Below are positions 9,074-17,681 of a DNA stretch of 35,738 bases, in pieces. The DNA is taken from positions 1-35,738 of IMG/VR virus record IMGVR_UViG_3300023059_000016; one strand, given 5' to 3'. Numbering within the stretch: the stretch's first letter is position 1; each line of letters opens with the position of its first letter. Source of the stretch: a virus. Lineage: Duplodnaviria > Caudoviricetes. Under the pieces are notes generated by a model, which saw nothing but the letters and a program-made list of their open reading frames with translations, was not told the origin of the DNA and did no database searches. The translations under genes and the position numbers were made by a program.

Positions 9074-9174
9074 CCTACCCACGGTTCCCCACGCTGACAA
9101 CTTCTGCGCCAGTCTGGCTAATCGGCTCGCTCATCCTGCTAGCCATGATGATCGTCATTCAACTTACCCACTAA
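9070..9174 (+). CDS. 34-aa membrane peptide (not in ORF track)
   Basis: ATGA overlap; MTYPRFPTLTTSAPVWLIGSLILLAMMIVIQLTH. Confidence 0.5.
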   Translation: MTYPRFPTLTTSAPVWLIGSLILLAMMIVIQLTH

Positions 9175-9204
9175 CCACCGACCAAAACACACGAGGAGCT
9201 ACTT

Positions 9205-9960
9205 ATGGCTATAAGCCTATCAAGCCTCAAATCGACGAAGAGAAACGACCCGCCTGTTATGCTTTTGTATGGCGTCGACGGCATCGGTAAAACGAGCCTC
9301 GCCGCTGAATTCCCAGACCCGATCTATCTGGCCACAGAAGGCGAACGCCCGCCATCCGATGTCGAAATGGCAACGCCAGGCACGATTGAAAGCTTCGACG
9401 ACTTGCTCAACATTATCGGCGAGCTGCTGACCGTCGAGCATGATCGGCGCACCGTGATTATCGACAGCGTGGACGGCCTCGAACCGCTTGTCTGGGCAGC
9501 TACATGTGCCCGCTTAGGAGTGAGCAGTATTGAAGAGCCTGGGTTCGGGCGAGGTTACGTCGAGGCTGATAGCGAGTGGCACGAGCTGATGTCTGCAGTC
9601 TCAGCGCTCTCGCGTACTGGAATCCACGTCGTGATGCTGGCCCACCCTGAGATTATTCGGTTCGACAGCCCCGTCACCGATCCATACTCACGCTACACGA
9701 TCAAGTTGCATAAGCGAGCCAATTCTCTCGTCCGGGACTTCATGAATTATCGCGTGTCCATCAAAGAGAAAGAGGTCGCTCGCCAAACGAAGGTGGCGCA
9801 CGCGGAAGGTGGCAAGGAGCGTAATATTCATCTGAACGAAGGTGCGGGCTATGTGGCGAAAAATCGGTTCTCTATGCCGGACTCGATCGTTTACCGAAAA
9901 GGTCAAGGCTTTACCGAGTTAGCGAAGTTCTGGGCCGAAGAAAAAGCTAAAGCTGCATAG
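9205..9960 (+). CDS. Phage AAA_24/Sak4-like ATPase (recombination)
   Basis: Walker A GVDGIGKT, Walker B VIIDS, AKNR motif; lies next to the SSB-like and nuclease genes. Confidence 0.85.
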   Translation: MAISLSSLKSTKRNDPPVMLLYGVDGIGKTSLAAEFPDPIYLATEGERPPSDVEMATPGTIESFDDLLNIIGELLTVEHDRRTVIIDSVDGLEPLVWAATCARLGVSSIEEPGFGRGYVEADSEWHELMSAVSALSRTGIHVVMLAHPEIIRFDSPVTDPYSRYTIKLHKRANSLVRDFMNYRVSIKEKEVARQTKVAHAEGGKERNIHLNEGAGYVAKNRFSMPDSIVYRKGQGFTELAKFWAEEKAKAA

Positions 9961-9962
9961 AC

Positions 9963-10598
9963 TTGCTGCTCGAGCTGAAAAGCCTGCCTAAATCCAAGGC
10001 GGAAGCGATGGCGTTAGGTGTAAGGCACTTCTTCACTGGAAGCCCGTGCTCTCGTGGACACGTTGCGAAAAGGTACGCTAGCACAGGGCAATGCACCGAA
10101 TGCCAGTACCTCCATAGGCTCAACTGGAAAAGCAATAACCCAGAAAAAGAAGCCGAGAGCAGACTTCAAAGCGTACGAGCATGGACGCTCCGAAATCCAG
10201 ATCGGAAACGAGATTTGGCGCGTAAGTCAAATGCAAAGCCAGATGTCTCGGCGAACAACGTAGCAAGGGCGAGGCGGTGGAGAGACAAAAACCCTGAGCA
10301 GGCCAGAAACTCTCGGCTGGTATCTAATCGAAATAGACGCTCAAGAAAGAGGGGTGCTGAAGGTACTCATGTCGCAGAAGACATAGCAAACATACTGAAG
10401 CGCCAAAAATACAGATGCGCTGAATGTGGAGTTTCGGTCCGAAAGATTGAGCAGCGGCATGTTGATCACATCGCACCTTTGGCTTTGGGTGGATCTAACT
10501 GGCCATCGAATCTGCAAATACTCTGTCCAGCTTGCAATCTGCATAAAGCGGCGAAAGATCCGCTAGTTTTCGCTCGGCAAAAAGGGCGACTTATTTAA
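9963..10598 (+). CDS. HNH endonuclease (homing-type)
   Basis: CAEC...HVDHIAPLALGGSNWPSNLQILCPACNLHK; N-terminal Cys/His module. Confidence 0.9.
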   Translation: MLLELKSLPKSKAEAMALGVRHFFTGSPCSRGHVAKRYASTGQCTECQYLHRLNWKSNNPEKEAESRLQSVRAWTLRNPDRKRDLARKSNAKPDVSANNVARARRWRDKNPEQARNSRLVSNRNRRSRKRGAEGTHVAEDIANILKRQKYRCAECGVSVRKIEQRHVDHIAPLALGGSNWPSNLQILCPACNLHKAAKDPLVFARQKGRLI

Positions 10599-10626
10599 CC
10601 ACACCACCAACACGAGGAACTAACAC

Positions 10627-11187
10627 ATGGCAAGACTTGGAACGGCGTTTGACGCCACCCAACACGACACGACGCAGTCGGACTATTCCGAACTGCCGAA
10701 CGGCACATACAAGATGGAAATCGAGGCGGCCGACGTGGTGCCGACTTCGACCGGTAGCGGCACAATCCTGAAAACAACGCTGAAGGTGCTCGAGCCTGCT
10801 GAATACGCTGATCGCAAGCTGTTCAACAACTACAACATCGAGAACAAGAACCCGCAGGCGCAAGAGATTGGCCAAAGGCAATTTGCCAGCCTTTGCCGCG
10901 CGCTGGAAATGTCTTCGGTAGAAGACACGGACGATCTGCTCTTCAAGTCGTTCACCGTGCGTGTGGCCCTCGGTAAGCCTTCAAAGGACGGCCAGTATCC
11001 GGCGCGCGCCGAGATCAAGAAATACTTCTTCCCCGACGAAAACAACGTGCCTGAGCCGAGCATTGACGCTCTGCAGCCTGCGGCGGCAGCGCAGCGTCCT
11101 GCAAATGACAACCGTCCTGCAGCCGCGAATAACAATAAGCCTGCGCAGCCTGCAAAAGCTGCGGGCAGCCGTCCTTGGTCTAAGTAA
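10627..11187 (+). CDS. DUF669-like phage single-stranded DNA-binding protein
   Basis: LPNGTY...OB-fold-like core, Ala/Pro tail ending RPWSK; typical position after the AAA_24 gene. Confidence 0.75.
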   Translation: MARLGTAFDATQHDTTQSDYSELPNGTYKMEIEAADVVPTSTGSGTILKTTLKVLEPAEYADRKLFNNYNIENKNPQAQEIGQRQFASLCRALEMSSVEDTDDLLFKSFTVRVALGKPSKDGQYPARAEIKKYFFPDENNVPEPSIDALQPAAAAQRPANDNRPAAANNNKPAQPAKAAGSRPWSK

Positions 11188-11252
11188 ATACCTGACAAGC
11201 TGCCGGTGCTAGCGCGCCGGTAGCTTACCGAACCGAACACGAGGAGAAACCC

Positions 11253-12311
11253 ATGCGGGTAACGCTTGACCGAGCGCAGCTTGCGCACGCCTTGTCGACA
11301 GTGACAAAGGCTGTTGAAGCCAGAACGACAATCCCAATTCTTGGTAACGTGCTTTTGTCCACGGACAAAGGACAGCTGAGCATCACCGGTACAAATCTTG
11401 ATCTGGAAATCAGCACCAGCTTGCCTGTTCTAGACAGTCAGGACGGCACAGTCACGGTTGCGGGTAAGCTGCTTCTGGATATTGCCAAGCGGGCCACAAG
11501 TGACGTTAACTTGGAAGCCGACGGCAATCATCTGATTGTCAAATTTGGCAAAAGCCGTTTCAAGCTGGACACACTGCCAGCGGCTGACTTCCCGTCCTTC
11601 AGTCACGGAAGCTTCGACACCACGATCGAGTTCGATCTCGCTTCGCTCGTGCAGGAAGTGCAGTTTGCTGTCAGCACCGAAGAAACCCGCTATTATCTCT
11701 GCGGCGTTTTTCTGGAAGCGAAGGACGGCCATATCGTTGCCACGGCGACAGATGGTCATCGCCTTGCGTCGACACGCATCGAGCAGGAAGCAACGTTTGC
11801 ATCAGTTATTCTGCCCAACAAACTGCTCTCATTGCTGCCGGCCGGAGTTGTGTCAGTTTCGTTGTCGTCGAACAAGGTAATGGTCGAAAGCGGTTCGACA
11901 GTCATCGTGTCGAAGCTCGTCGACGGCACATATCCCGATTACGAGCGTGTCATTCCCAAGCCCTCGGAGCGTGTCGCTACGCTGTCGGCAAAAGCACTGC
12001 GCGAAGCTGTCGGTCGCACGTCGGTTATCGCCAGTGAACGCGGTAAGGCAGTTCGGTTCTCATTTGCTTCGGATGCTCTGACTCTGAATGTCGCTAATCC
12101 AGATCGCGGCGATGCGACCGAGGAAATAGAAGTCAACTTCAGCAGCGAGCCACTGACGATCGGTTTCAACGGTCAGTATGTCACCGACCTCATGGCGGCG
12201 TTTGGTGCGGATGAAATCACAATGTCTATGGCAGATCCCGGTTCACCAGCATTGGTCACGTCAGCCAGCAGGCCGGGATACCGCACAGTATTGATGCCGA
12301 TGCGCGTGTAG
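11253..12311 (+). CDS. dnaN: DNA polymerase III beta sliding clamp (phage copy)
   Basis: TIPILGNVLL, ETRYYLCGV, ATDGHRL, GTYPDYERVIP, IGFN, VLMPMRV motifs. Confidence 0.95.
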   Translation: MRVTLDRAQLAHALSTVTKAVEARTTIPILGNVLLSTDKGQLSITGTNLDLEISTSLPVLDSQDGTVTVAGKLLLDIAKRATSDVNLEADGNHLIVKFGKSRFKLDTLPAADFPSFSHGSFDTTIEFDLASLVQEVQFAVSTEETRYYLCGVFLEAKDGHIVATATDGHRLASTRIEQEATFASVILPNKLLSLLPAGVVSVSLSSNKVMVESGSTVIVSKLVDGTYPDYERVIPKPSERVATLSAKALREAVGRTSVIASERGKAVRFSFASDALTLNVANPDRGDATEEIEVNFSSEPLTIGFNGQYVTDLMAAFGADEITMSMADPGSPALVTSASRPGYRTVLMPMRV

Positions 12312-12316
12312 GTGAG

Positions 12317-12499
12317 GTGACCATGAAAAGCACCTTCGCGATATTCAAGCAGGTCTCACCCGAAACAGACCGGCCATTTCGGATCATCGAAAGTTACCTA
12401 ACATCGGAGGGGATGCGCTCGCGCATTTGCTCCGGCGCATTCTCTTCGCTGGAAGTTGCGCAGTATCAGGTTTCACAGTTGGAAGCGGGAAATTACTAA
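12317..12499 (+). CDS. Small phage hypothetical protein
   Basis: GAGGT SD; TAATG coupling to the next gene. Confidence 0.6.
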   Translation: MTMKSTFAIFKQVSPETDRPFRIIESYLTSEGMRSRICSGAFSSLEVAQYQVSQLEAGNY

Positions 12500-13443
12500 T
12501 GGCGCCAATCCCAAAACCAACCGCTTCGACCGTCAGCGCCATATATCAGGCTTATGAGGCGAACAATGAGCAGCGCGACGGGAAGACAATTCCCGCCTCG
12601 CAAATAGCCTAAGAGTGTAGCCGTAAGTTGTTCTATGACTTTCGCTGTGCGACACCACACGAGCATATAAACGGTCGAACGCTGCGTATTTTTGAGACTG
12701 GTAACGTTGAGGAAACACGATGGATTGAAAATCTGCGCATGATCGGCTGCGAGGTCGTGGATTACGGACCTGACGGCAGGCAGATACGCATTGATCTTTG
12801 CGGCGGACACGTTGGCGGCTATCTGGACTCGGAAATACTTGGCCTTCCAGAAGCGCCGAAGACTTGGCATGTTGGCGAAATAAAGTCGCACAATCTCAAG
12901 TCGTTCACGTCATTGAAAAAGGATGGCGTGCAGAAAAGCAAACCTTTGCACTTTGGGCAAATGCAGACTTACATGCACGCGCGTGGACGAGATCGGGCAA
13001 TATATCTTGCCGTTTGTAAGGACAATGACGAGCTTTACGCTGAACGACTGCACTATGATGCGGAATATTGCCTGCGGCTGTTAGCTAAGGCTGAGCGCGT
13101 TATCAACGCGGATGAATTACCGGCGCGAGTAACCGACAATCCAGAGTTTTTCTCATGTAAGTGGTGCAAGCATCACAGCATTTGCCACGAAAATGCATGG
13201 CCTCGCACAAACTGCCGGACATGCATTTTCTCTTCGCCAGAACCGGGCGGAACATGGTCGTGTGCGCGATTTAGCAAACCATTGTCATTGAAAGAACAGG
13301 CTGACGGCTGCCCCGCGCATCTATTTTCGCCTGCATTAGTGCCGGGAACCCAGGTGGATTCCGACGAGGACGCGGAGACGATCACTTATGAATTGCGCAA
13401 CGGAAAGTTGTGGGTGGATGGCGAGGGAAGGAAGGCGTCGTGA
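12499..13443 (+). pseudogene. Cas4-like PD-(D/E)xK Fe-S exonuclease interrupted by TAA at 12610-12612
   Basis: One continuous frame MAPIPKP...SQIA*ECSRKLFYDF...GYLD...EIKS...QMQTY...CKWCKHHSIC. Confidence 0.8.
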
Positions 13444-14111
13444 GTATTCTTGATCTTTTTCCAGATAACGATAACTGCGAAGGCTATTTCTGGTCTGGGA
13501 TCGAAATAGAACGCCTTCCCCAGAGCTCAAATGCCGCGAAAGCAATCGGATGTAGGTTCTATTTCTCAGGTGTGGAATGCATCAACGGCCACTTGGCTCC
13601 AAGATACACTGCTGGAAGTCGATGTGTGGTTTGCGCGCATGAAATGTCGACCAGTCGGCGTTTTGGGGAACGTGTAGGCTCGAACGGTGCAGCTAGGGCC
13701 CATCTGGTAAGGGCTATCGCCGGATTATCTGGCCAAAAGACATACGTTCCTTCTCGCCCATGTAAGAATGGGCATCAATTGCGTTGGGTAGGAACAAATA
13801 ACTGCATCGAGTGCGAACAAGAAAAGAAGCTGGACTACCGAGAATCCAGACGAGAACAACGGCTACTTAAAAAGTACGGTATCTCGACAGATGAATATGA
13901 ACGAATGGCTGAATCTCAAGAATGGAAATGTAAGATCTGCGATGAGGCACAGGAAGACAGGTCGAAATTTCATGTAGACCATTGTCACGACACCCAAATT
14001 CTACGCGGTTTACTCTGTTCAAGATGCAATCAAGCCATTGGCTTGATGAGAGATGATCCCTTAATCATGCGAAAGGCTGCCCAATATGTCGAACATGCTA
14101 AAGCTGCGTGA
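13440..14111 (+). CDS. Endonuclease VII-domain protein (homing-type)
   Basis: KYGIS...CKIC...VDHCHDT..RGLLCSRCNQAIG; GTGA-coupled start at 13440. Confidence 0.88.
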   Translation: MSILDLFPDNDNCEGYFWSGIEIERLPQSSNAAKAIGCRFYFSGVECINGHLAPRYTAGSRCVVCAHEMSTSRRFGERVGSNGAARAHLVRAIAGLSGQKTYVPSRPCKNGHQLRWVGTNNCIECEQEKKLDYRESRREQRLLKKYGISTDEYERMAESQEWKCKICDEAQEDRSKFHVDHCHDTQILRGLLCSRCNQAIGLMRDDPLIMRKAAQYVEHAKAA

Positions 14112-15849
14112 TTATCAATCATCCGCGATCGATGCTGTTTTTGATTATTGGCGCGAGTTTGACGGAAACCCACTTGTTGATCTTGCGACTGGCTGTGGCA
14201 AATCGTTGGTGATGGCAAAGCTCATTCAGCGACTGATCGAAGGCTGGTCAGATATGCGTGTCATGATCGTTACTCATGTCGCTGAATTAATAGAACAGTC
14301 ATATCTTGAGCTGCTTGGCGTCTGGCCATTCGCGCCTGCAGGTATCTATTCAGCTGGCCTTGGCCGTCGTGATGCGCGCAGTCAGATCGTGTTTGCCGGC
14401 ATTCAGACCGTTCACAACAAGGCGGAGCAAATCGGACACGTTGACGTGCTTATGGTTGACGAGTGCCACCTGATCCCAATCAACAGCAACACGATGTATC
14501 GCAAGTTCATTGATGCGCTGCTCGAAATCAACCCTGACATGAAAATCCTTGGTCTGACTGCCACACCTTATCGACTGGATAGCGGTCGCTTGGATGAGGG
14601 TGCAGATCGGCTGTTTGACCAGATCGTCTACACCTACGGCGTTGCTGACGGCATCCGTGACGGCTTCCTTGCTCCGCTAACAAGTAAGCCAACGGCTACA
14701 GAATATGACGTCAAAGGAATCGGCAGGCTTGGCGGCGATTACAAGCAGCGCGCGCTGGAAGAGGCGATTAACCGGACCGACCTTAATGATGCTGTGGTTT
14801 CTGAGATTATCGCAAAGGGCGCTGATCGTCGCTCCTGGCTTTGTTTCTGTGCCGGCGTAAAGGCTGCGCTGGACGTGCGAGACGTATTCAGATCCCGCGG
14901 CATTACGTGCGAGGCCGTCACGGGCGATACTCCAAGAGAAGAACGTCGCCGCATCCTTGAAGATTTCAAGGCATACCGTATCCAGTGCGTGACGAACAAT
15001 TCAGTTCTTACGACAGGATTCAATCATAAGGGCGTTGATTTAATTGCATTTATGCGCCCGACCCTGTCTTTGAGTTTGTACGTCCAAATGGCGGGGCGCG
15101 GCACTCGTCCGCTCTATAAGGCAGGTGCGCCGCTGGATACCGTTGAGGAGCGTCTCGCCGCGATCAGTGCAGGACCAAAGAAGAATTGTCTCGTTCTGGA
15201 TTTTGCGAAACTCGTTGACCGGCACGGCCCGGTTGACATGGTCGAGCCAAAAGCTCCAAGCGCTGGCAATGGCGAGCCGCCAATCAAGATATGCCCGACA
15301 GTGCCTGGCGACAATGGGGCGGTCGGTTGCGGTGAGAAGGTGCATATCTCGCTGATGAAATGCCCATGCTGCGGATATGACTTTCCGCCGAATGAGGACG
15401 AGAAGCTAACCCGGCAGGCCGCTGACGTTCCGATTGTCAGCACCGCCGAAGCAGAATGGCGCAAGGTGACAGGTCGGACGTTTCACTTTCACGAAGGTAA
15501 GGGCGACAAGCCGCCTTCGGTCAAGTGTAGCTACATCGCTGGCTATACGCAGATAAATGAATGGCTATGCCCGCAGCATACGGGTTTCGCGCAAACCAAG
15601 GCGCATCGATGGTGGACGCAGCACGGAGGCCAGCGGCCGTTTCCAAAGACGGTCATGGAATGGCTCGAACGCCAGCGTGAGTTGCTCACAACCGACGAAA
15701 TCAGCGTTGTGCCGAATGGCAAATACTGGAACGTGAAAGACGTACGCGCCGGCCTCATGCTCGGAGCCGATAACGACAACGTGCCGGAGCCTGCAAATGA
15801 CAATGTTCCCGATTGGATGGCAGAGATCGATGACGAGATACCATTTTGA
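14086..15849 (+). CDS. SF2 DEAD/DEAH-box DNA helicase with zinc finger and SSB-like acidic tail
   Basis: LRDYQ, ATGCGKS, VDECH, GLTATP, QMAGRG; C-terminus DDEIPF. Confidence 0.92.
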   Translation: MSNMLKLRDYQSSAIDAVFDYWREFDGNPLVDLATGCGKSLVMAKLIQRLIEGWSDMRVMIVTHVAELIEQSYLELLGVWPFAPAGIYSAGLGRRDARSQIVFAGIQTVHNKAEQIGHVDVLMVDECHLIPINSNTMYRKFIDALLEINPDMKILGLTATPYRLDSGRLDEGADRLFDQIVYTYGVADGIRDGFLAPLTSKPTATEYDVKGIGRLGGDYKQRALEEAINRTDLNDAVVSEIIAKGADRRSWLCFCAGVKAALDVRDVFRSRGITCEAVTGDTPREERRRILEDFKAYRIQCVTNNSVLTTGFNHKGVDLIAFMRPTLSLSLYVQMAGRGTRPLYKAGAPLDTVEERLAAISAGPKKNCLVLDFAKLVDRHGPVDMVEPKAPSAGNGEPPIKICPTVPGDNGAVGCGEKVHISLMKCPCCGYDFPPNEDEKLTRQAADVPIVSTAEAEWRKVTGRTFHFHEGKGDKPPSVKCSYIAGYTQINEWLCPQHTGFAQTKAHRWWTQHGGQRPFPKTVMEWLERQRELLTTDEISVVPNGKYWNVKDVRAGLMLGADNDNVPEPANDNVPDWMAEIDDEIPF

Positions 15850-15859
15850 AGAAAGCTCC

Positions 15860-15985
15860 AAAAACGAGAACGCCCGCTGCACTGGGAGGAGGAGTGCGCA
15901 GCGGGCTGATCTTAAAAGCGCGGCTATTGGGAGGAGGAGTGCCACGCTTTGGGCCCGGCCTCTGGGAGGAGGAGTGAGACCGAAC
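15860..15985 (-). ncRNA. Cuckoo / alpha-r14-type sRNA with three CCUCCUCCC-loop hairpins
   Basis: Three stems (15956-15982, 15915-15950, 15872-15906), each with an ACTCCTCCTCCCA loop on the minus strand; stem mismatches are G-U only on the minus strand; 3' U-rich tail. Confidence 0.85.
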
Positions 15986-15991
15986 AACCCG

Positions 15992-16020
15992 AAAATAGGC
16001 AGCTGGTATGATGATTACAA
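15992..16020 (-). promoter_or_regulatory. Sigma70-type promoter for the cuckoo sRNA
   Basis: TTGTAA-N17-TATTTT ending ~7 nt before the predicted 5' end. Confidence 0.55.
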
Positions 16021-16579
16021 TAGGTGGATTTGCATATCTGGTATGCGTGCCTATAAAAATGGAAAACCGCCCGGCAGCACCGAAGTGCGCGCAGGCGGTC
16101 TTATCCTCCCAGACGGGGTTCATCTAGCAGTATTGCTTTAGTAAAGCAACAAGTACCGATAAGTACATAATCATACTAAAACAGTGTGATTATGGTTTTA
16201 CTGGATTTTATCTTGCGTGATGATTTTTCAAGGCCCGTATCGCGCTTTGGGCGGGGGGCTTGGGATGCGCGATACGGGTGCCGTCCTGCGGACAGGATGC
16301 GCATCATACTTAAGTATCGCCTGTAGAAATCAAAATGACAGATTGTTGCAGCTGCAAATGGATAGTGCTGGAACCTTTTACAAAAACGTCGCTCCGCGGC
16401 GAGTAAACGCACGGAGCGACTGTGAACCGCTGCCCCTGCCCAGTGGGCGGTTCACAGTGAACGATAACACTGATCTACAAATATTCAAAATTTTCTGGAG
16501 AAAAATCTGGCGCCATTAACATTCGGAGCCAACCAACGTGTTAAACTTCTACCACCAACCGACCACACGAGGAGAATTA

Positions 16580-17335
16580 ATGAATAATATCGATAAAGAA
16601 ACTTACGATCCGTACACCGCTAGAGGCATAGGCGACAACAACGCGCCATCCTCACCTTATGAGACGATCAAGCAAGAAATCGAAGACCTGTTCGACGAGG
16701 CCAAGAACTTCGCAGACGGCGATGCGATTGACAGTCAGGCTCTGGCCGACGCCGTAACCGAGCTGCACGACAAGTTGCATGAGGCCGGGAAGCGCGCAGA
16801 TGAGGTTCGCAAGGACGAAGCTAAGCCTCACGACGATGCGAAGGCGGAAATCCAGACCCGCTACAACAAACTGATCGGCAACACCAAGACTTCAGGCAAG
16901 GGCAAGGTCGTGCTGGGCAAGGAAGTTCTGCAGGGGCTTCTGACTCCATGGCGCAATAAGGTTGCCGCCGAAAAAGAAGCTGCTGCCAAGGCAGCGCGTG
17001 AGGAAGCTGATCGCGTTATCCGCGAAGCGCAGGAAGCCATTCAGGCAAGCGCTGGCAATCTCGAAGCGCGCGAACAGGCCGAAGAACTGGTCAAAGAAGC
17101 CAAACAAGCCGACCGATGGGCGAAGCGCGAAGACAAGGCGGCTACGACTGGCACTGGCCTTCGATCAGTATGGCATTGCGATCTGGTCGACGACGGTGTC
17201 GCGCTTGATTGGGCATATGGTCGTGCTCCGGAGCGTTTCAAAGCAGTGGTGCAAGCGATGGCCGAGGAAACCGTACGCGCCGGTATGCGTCAGGTGCCTG
17301 GATTCAAGGTGCGTGAGGAAAGGGTGGCGCGGTGA
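16580..17335 (+). CDS. Coiled-coil phage protein
   Basis: ACACGAGGAG leader before ATG 16580; IGDNNAP N-terminus, Ala/Glu/Lys helix, VPGF C-terminus. Confidence 0.8.
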   Translation: MNNIDKETYDPYTARGIGDNNAPSSPYETIKQEIEDLFDEAKNFADGDAIDSQALADAVTELHDKLHEAGKRADEVRKDEAKPHDDAKAEIQTRYNKLIGNTKTSGKGKVVLGKEVLQGLLTPWRNKVAAEKEAAAKAAREEADRVIREAQEAIQASAGNLEAREQAEELVKEAKQADRWAKREDKAATTGTGLRSVWHCDLVDDGVALDWAYGRAPERFKAVVQAMAEETVRAGMRQVPGFKVREERVAR

Positions 17336-17517
17336 GTGGAAAGCTAGATCCTGCTAATTATGTGCCGCGCATAAAAAGCTTGCGCGAGCAAGGGATGAGG
17401 CTCGACGAGGCAAGAAAACAGGTAGACCGTGAGTACCTGCTGAACGCAATTGATAACGCGTCCAACTTCTATGAACTGCGTGGTGTAATGCGCGCCTGCA
17501 TGGAGAAGGTGTTGTGA
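17332..17517 (+). CDS. Small phage hypothetical protein
   Basis: GTGA overlap; 61 aa. Confidence 0.65.
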   Translation: MSGKLDPANYVPRIKSLREQGMRLDEARKQVDREYLLNAIDNASNFYELRGVMRACMEKVL

Positions 17518-17681
17518 GCTACGCTTGGCTGATGGCTTCGCACGAGTATGAGCCAAATTATGACGCGTACATCAATGAAATGTATTCGTTGGAAGAGGCA
17601 ATGATTGACGTCGCCGCCTACGATGACTGGTTTCCAGACATGCCGATTGCTGCGGTGCAGCAAGATGGCGGACAAGTCTAG
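17514..17681 (+). CDS. 55-aa acidic hypothetical protein (not in ORF track)
   Basis: GTGA overlap; MSYAWLMASHEYEPNYDAYINEMYSLEEAMIDVAAYDDWFPDMPIAAVQQDGGQV. Confidence 0.45.
   Translation: MSYAWLMASHEYEPNYDAYINEMYSLEEAMIDVAAYDDWFPDMPIAAVQQDGGQV

Noticed and set aside
12610-12612. Stop-codon reassignment or suppression of the in-frame TAA
   Set aside because: TAA ends many other genes here and the phage tRNA reads ATG; a point mutation or sequencing error is simpler
15883-15976. Three GGGAGGAGGAGTG direct repeats as a mini CRISPR array, with a Cas4-like gene nearby
   Set aside because: The repeats are 13 nt, unevenly spaced, and form loops of hairpins whose stems are the intervening sequence; this fits a cuckoo sRNA, and no cas1/cas2 is present
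15565-16519. ORF-track ORFs across the helicase end and the intergenic island
   Set aside because: No SD or recognisable domains; they overlap the helicase and structured RNA elements
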